Source: Nitrospirota bacterium
GTDB taxonomy: Bacteria > Nitrospirota > Nitrospiria > Nitrospirales > Nitrospiraceae
Direction: 5' to 3'
DNA length: 64,000 nt
Assembly: GCA_963701855.1 (NCBI GenBank)
Contig: CAVPBK010000006.1
Location: forward strand, 768,001 to 832,000
Both the position numbers and the translations under genes were made by a program. Shown piece after piece: positions 18,741 through 27,860 of the stretch (positions within the stretch are counted from its first letter, which is position 1; every line of letters starts with the position of its first letter). The notes beneath the pieces were generated by a model, which worked only from the letters and a program-made list of their open reading frames with translations, had not been told where the DNA came from and made no database searches.

Positions 18741-19439
18741 TTACTCGTGGCACATGATTAAATCCGTTAAATCCACATGGTTCATTTGATCCACGAAGGC
18801 AAGATCATAAAAACCCACCAGAAACTCTACGCCTAAGAATTGACCACGAACGACGCAGTACTCACCGAGAACGCCTGCGGTAAGCGCTGCTCCAATGACT
18901 TCTATCTCGACGCCTTGTTTTACGGCTACATAATCCTGTGTCCAGGTCCTAACGAAGCCCGATTTATTCCACTCCTCATGGTTCGTCAGCGCATTCCATC
19001 GCAACCATTTTCCGTCGAGTGAACGCACATCAGCTTCTTTGTTCGTGCGAATAATTACTGTCCCTTTCTGAGCGGCTTCTACTGCGGCTTTAAACGAAAT
19101 GAATGGTATTACCTCCTCTTCTGTTTGGACACCACCGACACTGCTGATGATTGTGTCATATACTGATTCCTTCGATGCAAAGCGGCGATCGGAACTGCGT
19201 ACACCGAGCAAATGTTGCCCAACTGGAACCGAAAAGCTTTTCCTTTTACCGGGACCCAATTCTCCAATGACTTTGGCATCCAGGCGTAACGCACAAGCAA
19301 TGGGAGCATTACACTTTATTAAGAGCTTACCGGATGGCTCAGCCCAAAGCGGGGTATTATGCCAAGGCAGTGAGGATGCTGAGATCATGGCGAGCAAAAT
19401 GAGTATCTTCCGAAATCTGATTAATATACAAAGCAGCAA
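18741..19439 (-). CDS. Hypothetical secreted protein (PEGA-like N-terminal beta domain)
   Basis: Signal peptide; GKLLIKCN...LRLDAKVIG...VPVGQHLLGV pattern. Start uncertain. Confidence 0.5.
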   Translation of the reverse strand: MLLCILIRFRKILILLAMISASSLPWHNTPLWAEPSGKLLIKCNAPIACALRLDAKVIGELGPGKRKSFSVPVGQHLLGVRSSDRRFASKESVYDTIISSVGGVQTEEEVIPFISFKAAVEAAQKGTVIIRTNKEADVRSLDGKWLRWNALTNHEEWNKSGFVRTWTQDYVAVKQGVEIEVIGAALTAGVLGEYCVVRGQFLGVEFLVGFYDLAFVDQMNHVDLTDLIMCHE

Positions 19440-20379
19440 AGAATCATCCTCGTTCAGATTAGGAGCTCTTCAGAACATCCGGAGACTTGGTTATAGACTC
19501 CACATTCCGTTACAGAAGTAAGCAGCGAAGACTTTCACCATAAACCACTTCAAAGTATGGCGACAATTTACCTGCCAGCCCAGTTATATTATCAATGATG
19601 GCATTCTTGTCTCCATCCGATAGTCTTCCGGTAAAGATTAATCCCCAGTAAATGAGGAGTGGTCTGGATCGATTTGTCGAGAAGACCTTCGGCCAACTTT
19701 CTAGCCTTCTAATCATCGATATTGCGGTCCTTCGATCTCTGGGAGTACATGCCTCCCCAACCTGGCCAGTTGGATAGGCCTGGCATCGCGTTTCGAAAAC
19801 AGGACCTCTGCCAAACAGGGGAAAATGCTACCGCAAGCAGACTTTTCCTCGAAAACGTGAGCTAGGCTAGGGAAGATTTATCAGAAGGTATCACAACAAC
19901 GCCTGGGTACCTAGGACAAATCATGGTTTCGGCTATACCCCACTCGCACATCAAGTATTGCAATCAACACGCAATCTGCCAAACTGACGCCGAGTGGTTG
20001 CCAGCAATGTGTCTTTTGTTTATTTCGCGTATAAATGCCATGACTCCACAGCATGCCCCTCCGGGGGGTGTGCCGATTAAGGCAGGTGTTAATACAGTGT
20101 TAACGGACGCGACAAAACGGGTTGAAGTGAGACGAACAGGGACAAAGTGAGACAAGTAGCCATGGCGCGAATTGCCTGGAGCGCAAAGGGGATTGCCCAC
20201 GTCATCATAGACTTGAGCAACCCCCTCTGATACAATTCCACCTTCGGCACCAAACAAATCCCCCATGCCCTTCACGCATCATCCCTGCCGCCGCTTTCCT
20301 GTGCAATGTTCCGTGACATATAACGCTGACCCATTTTTAAAGCTGATCCTCGTTTCATATTTCACCCCTCACGGTTTTT

Positions 20380-20979
20380 ATGAGTGACGATCGGATCATG
20401 GGGTTCCGGCTCCCCGTCGCCCTTGCACTGTCGATTGTCTATCTCACCGCGCCTGCGTGGGCTGACTTCAAAGCAGGCATGGACGCCTATCTCCGCAGCG
20501 ATTACGCCACGGCGTTGCGTGAGTGGCAGCCGCTGGCCGAGCAGGGACAGGCCGTCGCGCAATACAATCTCGGTCTGCTCTATGCCAATGGACAGGGTGT
20601 CACAAAGGACGATGCCAAAGCCCGGCAGTGGTACGAGAAAGCCGCCGTCCAAGGACACACGGAGGCTCAGGTTAACCTGGGAATTTTATTGATGTATGCG
20701 CGGGGTGGTCAGCAGGATTACAAGATGGCGGTGTACTATTTACGGCTGGCCGCCAATCAAGGAAACGATTTAGCGCAACGACGACTTGGCCAGATGTTTG
20801 AGCGCGGAGAGGGCGTGCCGCAGGACTATGTCCGAGCCTACATGTGGTACAGCCTTGGGTCAGCAAACGGCGCGGAGGCCGGGGCCAGGCTGCGGGATGC
20901 GCTCGCCAAACGGATGGAGCCTGAGCAAATCACCGAGGCGCAAAAGCTGGCGCGGGAGTGGAAACCGAAAGGGAAATGA
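20380..20979 (+). CDS. Secreted Sel1-like repeat protein
   Basis: AWA signal cleavage; repeats AEQGQAVAQYNLGLLYANGQGV..D..KA..WYEKAA. Confidence 0.92.
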   Translation: MSDDRIMGFRLPVALALSIVYLTAPAWADFKAGMDAYLRSDYATALREWQPLAEQGQAVAQYNLGLLYANGQGVTKDDAKARQWYEKAAVQGHTEAQVNLGILLMYARGGQQDYKMAVYYLRLAANQGNDLAQRRLGQMFERGEGVPQDYVRAYMWYSLGSANGAEAGARLRDALAKRMEPEQITEAQKLAREWKPKGK

Positions 20980-21250
20980 GCGACGAATAGGCCACAGAGG
21001 GAACCGTATCCATCGAACAACAACGGCCTCCGTAATCCGAAAAAATATCGGATAGGCTCCTACCTCTCACTCAACATCCACGACTGCATCAGAAACGCTC
21101 TAAAAACATGCGGGCTGAACCTGCAAGAGTTCTGATCCACATACCCTCGAAATTCAAGCCTGCCAAAGTTGGCCGACCGCATCCTTAAGTCAGATGATGG
21201 AGGACAGGTTTAGTCATAGGAGCAGCGGTTTAGGAAAGCGTTTTCACCAC

Positions 21251-21304
21251 CCTACTCCAGCCTATTCCAACTCACTCAGGCCCACTCCAGCCAAGGTTTG
21301 CGCG
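21251..21304. repeat. Left arm of a 10-mer-periodic palindrome split by IS3
   Basis: CCTACTCCAG-CCTATTCCAA-CTCACTCAGG-CCCACTCCAG, complementary to 22663-22714. Confidence 0.7.
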
Positions 21305-21431
21305 AAATGATCTTCCCCCGATTTTATAGACACTGGTTTCTGTGTGGACCATCTCCATGTGAAGCCAACCGCGATCTCATGCGTGCGCGCCGCAAAATCG
21401 ACGCACACCATTGATCCAGGATCGACGATCA

Positions 21432-22322
21432 TCACGGCGTCCATACGGTAGACGCCCCCGATTGATGGTATGGGTATTGATGCTCAAAGTCCATCGGGCT
21501 CCGATACCCCAAACGCGAATGGCGTCGGCTTCGATTATAGAAGCCCTCTACGTACTCAAAGATGTCGGCGCGGGCTTCTTGGCGAGTCGCATACTGCCGT
21601 CGGTGAATCAGCTCGGTCTTCAACGTAGCAAAGAAGCTCTCCACGACGGCATTGTCCCAGCAATTGCCGGGGCGGCTCATCGAGCCCCGGATTCCGCAGC
21701 TGACTAACCGGTGCTGATAGGCCACCGCGCCATACTGGCTGCCTCGATCCGAATGGTGCAGGAGCCCGGCCAACACAGGCCGTTGGTGCAGCGCCATCTC
21801 TAAAGCCGTCAGCGTCAGCGCGATCGTCTGCTGTGCATCCATGGCCCAGCCGACCACCCGCCGCGAGTACAAATCGATCACCACGGCGAGATAGAGCCAA
21901 CCCTGGCGTGTGGGCACGTAGGTGATGTCGGCGGCCCACTTCTCATTCGGCCGTGTGGCGGTGAAGGCTCGTCGCAAGACGTTCGCCCGCACCACCGCGG
22001 GAAGCGCGCTGGCCGGTGGGCGCCAGCTCCGCCGTCGAACACTGCGGAGCCCATGCAGCCGCATGAGCCGAGCCACGCGATGGCGGCCGACCCGCAACCC
22101 GTGGGCGCGCAGATCCTGATGAATCCGCGGACTCCCATAGCGGCCGCGCGACGCCTGGTAACAGGTCCGAATATGCGTGACCAGCCATTGATTCTGCTGC
22201 GCGCGTGCACCGAGCGGACGACGGCACCAGGCGTAATAGCCGCTCCGGGCCACGCTGAGGACGCGACACAAGACCTCCACGGGATACGCGGCCTTCTCCG
22301 CCTGGATGAAGCGATACCTCAT
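21432..22322 (-). CDS. IS3 transposase OrfB (DDE integrase core)
   Basis: YGSPRI, WAADITY, HSDRGSQY, CWDNAVVESFF. Probably fused to OrfA by -1 frameshift at AAAAAAAG (22351-22358). Confidence 0.93.
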   Translation of the reverse strand: MRYRFIQAEKAAYPVEVLCRVLSVARSGYYAWCRRPLGARAQQNQWLVTHIRTCYQASRGRYGSPRIHQDLRAHGLRVGRHRVARLMRLHGLRSVRRRSWRPPASALPAVVRANVLRRAFTATRPNEKWAADITYVPTRQGWLYLAVVIDLYSRRVVGWAMDAQQTIALTLTALEMALHQRPVLAGLLHHSDRGSQYGAVAYQHRLVSCGIRGSMSRPGNCWDNAVVESFFATLKTELIHRRQYATRQEARADIFEYVEGFYNRSRRHSRLGYRSPMDFEHQYPYHQSGASTVWTP

Positions 22323-22600
22323 CCCGACTCCTTGGCAAAGAAGGCCACGGCTTTTTTTAGGATGTCGCGCTCCATGCGGAGTTGCTCGACTTCTCGCCGC
22401 AAGACCTTGAGTTCCTCGGTCGCCAGAAAGCTGTGGGATCCTTGGGGCGCCCCCGCCGCTTGCCGCATCCATCGATTGAACGTCGGTTGGGGAATGCCCA
22501 ACTCCCGCGCCACCTGGCACTCGCTCTTCCCACTGCGTCGGCACAAGTCCACGGCTTCCTGCTTAAACTCTGGCGTGAAACTCCGTCGCTGCTGGCCCAT
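22319..22600 (-). CDS. IS3 transposase OrfA
   Basis: RRSFTPEFKQEAV...VARELGI...ERDILKKAVAFF. Confidence 0.93.
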   Translation of the reverse strand: MGQQRRSFTPEFKQEAVDLCRRSGKSECQVARELGIPQPTFNRWMRQAAGAPQGSHSFLATEELKVLRREVEQLRMERDILKKAVAFFAKESG

Positions 22601-22662
22601 GAGGCACCTCCCTTCGCTGATTATGCACGGAAGGTGTCCACAAAATCAGGGAAAGACCAAAA

Positions 22663-22731
22663 GGCGAACTTTGGCTGGAGTAGGCTGGAATAGGCTGGAG
22701 TGAGTTGGAATTGAGCACAAAATGAGCACAA
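22663..22731. repeat. Right arm of the 10-mer palindrome plus TGAGCACAA direct repeat
   Basis: CTGGAGTAGG-CTGGAATAGG-CTGGAGTGAG-TTGGAATTGA; TGAGCACAA at 22712 and 22723. Confidence 0.7.
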
Positions 22732-22915
22732 CGTGGTGATGAGAAGATTTTAGTTTATACTGACGATCGATAAAAACCGACATCGAAGAGGTTCTAACTC
22801 CACACTCTTTCCCGGCGGCAATCGAAAGAATTGCTGTCTATCATAGTTGAAGGTAGGATCAAGAACTCGGACAAATGAGTATTACAACATCGCATTGTTG
22901 CGTGAGGAGTACCCT

Positions 22916-23722
22916 ATGGAGACCAAGAAATCCTATGAGGCAATCCAGACTGGACTTTCAAGGCGTAAGATTCTGGTTCGTGGAAGCCAAGTCGTGGCGG
23001 GTATGGGCGTTGCCGCCTTGCTCGGCAACCTAGAAGCTTTACTCAGCAAATCGTATGGAATGGCCCCGGCAGCAACGAACCTGCTCGATTCTCTGATACC
23101 CGGTCGGACGGCTTTACTTGTCATCGACATGCAGCGTGACTTCCTTTCACCGAAAGGGTATGCCGCTCAGGCAGGAGTGGACATTACACCCTTGGTCGCC
23201 GCCATCGCTCCAATCCAAAAGTTGTTAGCCGTAGCACGCCCAGCCGGGTTGCTCATCGTGCACACCCGTGAAGGTCATGTGCCTGACCTGTCCGATTGTC
23301 CGCCCTACAAATTGGAGCGTAGCCGGAAGGCCGGAGCAGAAATTGGTTCAAAAGGTCCGCTCGGTCGTCTGTTGGTTCGGGGTGAAGTGGGACACGATTT
23401 CATCGATACCTTACGTCCGCTTGAGAAGGAAATCGTCATCGACAAGCCGGGCTATAGCGCATTCCCTCACACCACCCTGCAACAGGTCCTTACTAAAAGC
23501 GGGATTGAAACGTTGATCCTGACTGGCGTCACCACGGAAGTGTGTGTGAGTTCGACACTACGGAGTGCCGTTGATCTTGGATACCGTTGCATCACGGTGA
23601 GTGATGCCTCTGCGTCTGGAGATCCGAGCTTGCACAAAGCAGCACTGGCAATGATCGGTGTGGAGGGGGGCATCTTTGGAGAAGTAGCCACCACTTCTCA
23701 GGTCGTCAAACGACTTGCATGA
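22916..23722 (+). CDS. Tat-exported cysteine hydrolase (isochorismatase fold; biuret/triuret/guanylurea hydrolase-like)
   Basis: SRRKIL twin-arginine signal; D-K-C triad in IDMQRDF, IDKPGYSAF, GVTTEVCV; HTREGH.PDLSD and GPLGRLLVRGE segments. Confidence 0.85.
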   Translation: METKKSYEAIQTGLSRRKILVRGSQVVAGMGVAALLGNLEALLSKSYGMAPAATNLLDSLIPGRTALLVIDMQRDFLSPKGYAAQAGVDITPLVAAIAPIQKLLAVARPAGLLIVHTREGHVPDLSDCPPYKLERSRKAGAEIGSKGPLGRLLVRGEVGHDFIDTLRPLEKEIVIDKPGYSAFPHTTLQQVLTKSGIETLILTGVTTEVCVSSTLRSAVDLGYRCITVSDASASGDPSLHKAALAMIGVEGGIFGEVATTSQVVKRLA

Positions 23723-23878
23723 TGTTGCGAGCCTACGGAAGTATAGAAGCGATCCAAAAAGGCTCTTGAGTTCAAAAGGCTATCCCTTTGTTTTACTTCA
23801 GGGCCGAGACCGCATCTAAACAGGGGCAGAAACAACTGCTATTGATCAGTGGGTTTCCTGCATCCGTCTAACTAAGCT

Positions 23879-23908
23879 ACCTGTCCCAATTTTAAGTGGG
23901 GCACGACA
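23879..23908. mobile_element. Orphan IS3-type terminal inverted repeat
   Basis: ACCTGTCCCAATTTTAAGTGGGGCACGACA resembles the right end at 18371-18400. Confidence 0.55.
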
Positions 23909-24121
23909 TTGAAATACTCACTGGGTGTTCCTGTTTTCTGCTTAATTTGTATTCCTTTTTGATTCTTTGTAGTGAGGTAGGCTTCTATTACATTCCATGA
24001 ATTCGCGGCACGGGTGAAGGTGAGGCACTCGACTTCGCATCAGTTACGAGAGCTGCTCAACCGGATGGGCAGGATCATTGAGGGGCAACGGATCGCCTCG
24101 AAAAGCGACTCGGTAGGAGTT

Positions 24122-25019
24122 CTAACAATACTTCTTTAAATCCTTGTCTCCACAGATGTAGTCATTAGTAAAGACAAGCCAATCCTTTCGAAAGTCCCCT
24201 CCGATGCTATGCGCAAGCTCTAACGCGTGCAAAAAATACTTCCTCGCATTTTGCATATCGCCTTGTTCCCAATACGTCATCCCCATATCGTCGTACATTA
24301 TGGCTTCGAGTTGGCTAAGGCCAATAGGGCTCACTTCCTCTTTTTTGGACCGGGCGATGAATTGTTCCATTTCCTCATAGGAGCCGCCCCATCGAGGTTT
24401 AAGAGAGGCCATATACCGACCGCGAGCCAGCGTATTAATCGGAAGCATCTTATTGGCAGCGATAACTAACCCCCCTTGCAAGCTCCTTGTCTCCTCTCGA
24501 TTTACTTATTTCGAGCAACTGGAACACGCTTAAAAAAGGCTTTTCCGTTAGGTCTAAAGAGTTGCTTAACTCAGTGAACGCGATCTCATTGAGTTGTTGC
24601 ATCCTTTGTATTTTATCTTGCGGTGTTTGGCTGATGTACTTGCCCCCTCTGGCATCTGCGGCTTTTCTTTTGAAATGGACACCTCGTATTAAGTGTGCGG
24701 CATATGATCGTGGGATTGCTTTTTTCCACTCCTCAACTTTTGCAAAGGTTTCTTCGTCTAAATCATAAAACTGTCTATAGATGTTTCTGAGTTGGATTTC
24801 CGACAGCGTTCCATTTTCAAATCTCTCTTGAACCTGACGTGTGGCGGATTCGAGTGTTTCAAACTCTTGCGCCTTTAGCAAAGGAAGTAACCCCGTTTCA
24901 TAGTACTCATTAGAAATGCTGGTGCGCGTCGGCGTACAACCCAAGATAGAGGACAACGCGAAGATACTCAGGAGAACGAGTAGATTTATTTTCAATCTCA
25001 TAATAACTTTGCCGCACAA
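24122..25019 (-). pseudogene. DUF4034-like/TPR lipoprotein split by a frameshift in a G6 tract
   Basis: Lipobox ILGC; AADARGGKY and LKPRWGGSYEEM motifs. Removing one G at 24470-24475 fuses the two ORFs. Confidence 0.7.
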
Positions 25020-25185
25020 TTAGAAACAAGAGAGGATGTCGAATGACATACAAAAGCCTAGCAGACATCGAGAATTTGGCAATCATGCTGCTATAGCATC
25101 TTGGTTTCCCGTTTAAACTGCTCTTGGACAATTCAGGTTCCTCCGGCGAAGACACCAGTTACTTTGCGCTTTTGAGCTAGGGCTA

Positions 25186-25360
25186 TTTCCCGCGACGCTT
25201 CTTGCGGCGACTTTTGCCGCGCAGGTAATCAGAATCATCGACGGCGACGCGATGGAAGTCCTGCACAATCAACGCCCTGAACGCATCCGCCTCAGCAGCA
25301 TCGATTGCCCAGAGAAAGGGCCAGGCATACGGCAAGCGAGCCAAGCACACCGCCTCGGCC
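25186..25360 (+). pseudogene. Thermonuclease (SNase) gene fragment (absent from ORF track)
   Basis: Own translation: AQVIRIIDGDAMEVL...ERIRLSSIDCPEKG/QAYGKRAK. One frameshift, truncated, no start codon. Confidence 0.8.
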
Positions 25361-25943
25361 ACGGCAAACGCCCACCGCGTCCGACGTGAAATCGCTTGGA
25401 CACGTAAGGTTCCTAATACATTTGTGCTCAAGCCTACCACAAGGCCTGAAACACTCTGGAGGTAATCGTCTTGTTCCGCCTATGACTTAGGAATGATGAC
25501 AGTGGAACTTGACGGCACTGGTTGAGAGAGGTGAAGAGGATTGAAGGTCATATTCATTTGTTTTTGGAACAGGCCGAAGGATACGTCAATGCCTAAGAAA
25601 AATCGACTTCCCCACTCTCGACATTGGGAGAGGTTTTTGGACACTATGCGTGGAACGACTGAGCAGGGGGAAAGAGGCTGAAGGTCGCGTTGAAAGTTCC
25701 GTTCTTGTACAAACTGGTGAACCCAATCAAAGCTCGAATGAGATACAAGCGGCGGTCGTAAAACGGTCATATACATATAGCAGAGCTACTTTCCGCTCAT
25801 TCCTCCCCACTCAATCTCACTCTTTATCAAATCGCAAGTCGTTGACTTGTTTCCGTAAACTTTGTGAAGGTCGCGTCAACCATTGTGGGGGCTGAATTGG
25901 CATCAAATCCCGCCTTCGGCACTATTCCTCCCTCTTTTGTTCC

Positions 25944-26071
25944 CTAGCCCACATTACTCATGAACGCTTCTGTTGCAATCTCCGATCCGCTGCTGCGACG
26001 AGGCCTCGGCCAGCGGGCTCGCGACTCAGTTCAGCGATTTCGCGACGAACCGTCATGACTAGTGCGGGCAG
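25944..26071. mobile_element. MITE-like element, family B (inverted)
   Basis: CTAGCCCACATTACTCATGA ... TCATGACTAGTGCGGGCAG. Confidence 0.65.
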
Positions 26072-26163
26072 AACTCTTCAAGAGTAGAATCCTTACCTGG
26101 TAAAGGCGTGGGCACGGACAAGAGGATTGGTCTTTTCGGCTCCTACCGGAGACCAGGGATTTC

Positions 26164-27082
26164 ATGAGAATCGTGGTCAGCGGCGGAACGGGGTTCATCG
26201 GTCGGCCCTTATGTGCCTCGCTCTGTCAAGATGGGCATCAGATTACCCTCCTCACGAGAAGGATAGGAAAGCGCAACGGTTCTATGGCTTGACCGTCACG
26301 GCTGTCGAGTGGAATGGCCGGGAGGCGGGAGCCTGGGAGCATTGTCTCGAAGGTGCGGATGCTGTCATCAATCTCGCCGGTGCGCCGATTGCCGATGGGC
26401 GCTGGACCGATGCCCGCAAGCAACTCCTCACCGAAAGCCGCGTCCTCACTACTCGTCTACTGGTAGCAGCCTCTGTCCCGCAGCCCCTCGAAACCGCGCA
26501 CGCTGATCAACGCTTCCGGTATCGGCTACTATGGGACCAGCGACGATCGTGTGCTGGATGAGGGCGCCGTGCGCGGCCAAGGCTTTCTGGCCGATCTCTG
26601 TCTCGCGTGGGAGGCGGAGGCGCTTCGGGCCGCGGAGTTCGGTGTGCGAGTCGTCATGTTGCGGACTGGAATGGTGCTCGAACAAGACGGTGGTGCCTTG
26701 CCGAAGATGCTGTTGCCGTTCCAGCTCTTCGCAGGCGGCCCGATCATGCCGGGAACCCAGTGGGTGTCGTGGATCCACCGGCGTGACCACATCGGATCTG
26801 ATCCAGTGGCTGCTCGCAACGCCAAGCGTCTCCGGCCCCGTCAATGCGGTGGCTCCCGAACCTGTGACGATGAACCAGTTCTGCGACGCGCTCGGGCGAG
26901 TCCTCCACCGGCCATCCTGGATTCCCGTGCCGGGCTTCGCGCTGTACGTGGCACTGGGTGAACTGGGGACGCTCATGACCACGGGCCAACGGATCAATCC
27001 GGCAAAGGCGCTCGCCGGGGGATACGCCTTTCACTATCCGACGCTGGAACCGGCCTTGCGGGCGATCGTGACGAAGAGATAA
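26164..27082 (+). pseudogene. TIGR01777/YfcH-family NAD-dependent epimerase-like gene with three frameshifts
   Basis: MRIVVSGGTGFIG; AVINLAGAPIA.GRWT; SGIGYYG; GGALPKM; WIHRRD; GPVNAVAP, spread over four reading-frame segments. Confidence 0.85.
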
Positions 27083-27195
27083 CGGAGGGTGTAGCATGGT
27101 CCCAGCGATCGATCTATTTAAATCCACTCGTGCCGCCGCGAGGCTCTGTGTACGCGGACTTGCACATCGATTGTCATTCACAAGGAGGCATTCAC

Positions 27196-27684
27196 ATGAT
27201 GACCAAGAAGATCACTGTCACGACCACCGTACTGCTGAGTGTGCTGACTGTCGTGTTGTGTCTGATCTCAGGCAAGACGAGTGAAGTCAGGGCTGCTGAG
27301 GAGCAGGACAAACAAGAGAGTCAGACCCAACGACCACACGAAAACGATGCCAATCTGCCGAAGGGTGTGATTGGGGTCTCACTGCGTGTCGGGGCAGAAC
27401 GTATCGGCGATCCGGCTTCGCTGTATGTGGCCCATGTGCATCCGGAAGGCCCGGCACAGCAAGCAGGCCTCAAGCACGGAGATGAAGTAATGACGGTGAA
27501 CGGTGCGGCAGTCACGGGTAAGACCTATGAGCAGGTGATACAGATGGTGCGTGGGGAAGCGGGCACAGCGGTGAAACTGGGTGTGAAGGGAGACGGTGGT
27601 GTGCGCGAAATTACGATCACACGTGTCGCCGCCGAAAAACTCTATAAAGGCGAGATGGGATCACATGGGAGGCCAGCACGATAG
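27196..27684 (+). CDS. Secreted PDZ-domain protein
   Basis: SD AGGAGG, signal peptide, GVIGV...VHPEGPAQQAGLKHGDEVMTVNG...VRGEAGT. Confidence 0.88.
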   Translation: MMTKKITVTTTVLLSVLTVVLCLISGKTSEVRAAEEQDKQESQTQRPHENDANLPKGVIGVSLRVGAERIGDPASLYVAHVHPEGPAQQAGLKHGDEVMTVNGAAVTGKTYEQVIQMVRGEAGTAVKLGVKGDGGVREITITRVAAEKLYKGEMGSHGRPAR

Positions 27685-27860
27685 TCACCCGTCTGAGCGA
27701 GCGCGAGACCGATCGGTTGTGGCAGGAACAGACTCAAGAGCGCACGGCCAACCCACACACGTGATGGACTGATATCCTAGACGCATGACGTTGACGCGAA
27801 CGCGAGGTTGAACGTTCACCTTTCGCGCATCATAGCTGCCGGCGCACAACAGAAGGCAAG

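Larger units (their letters stand above)
21308..22659 (-). mobile_element. IS3-family insertion sequence, apparently intact
   Basis: Inverted repeats TGATCTTCCCCCGATTTTATAGACAC / GTGTCCACAAAATCAGGGAAAGACCA; 3-bp target duplication AAA. Confidence 0.93.
17025..25922. mobile_element. Decayed genomic island integrated at the tRNA-Leu 3' end
   Basis: 20-bp direct repeat TCAAATCCCGCCTTCGGCAC at 17025-17044 and 25903-25922. Lower-GC cargo, IS elements and pseudogenes; no integrase seen. Confidence 0.85.

Noticed and set aside
19510..19716. 68-aa minus-strand ORF in the island
   Set aside because: Possibly a gene fragment, but no family can be supported.
21251..22731. CRISPR array or replication iterons
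   Set aside because: The repeats are contiguous 10-mers without spacers; no cas or rep gene in the window.
22740..22915. Guanidine riboswitch upstream of the hydrolase
   Set aside because: Only one hairpin (GGCAAT-CGAAAGA-ATTGCT); no paired ACGR-loop hairpins or ykkC consensus recognised.
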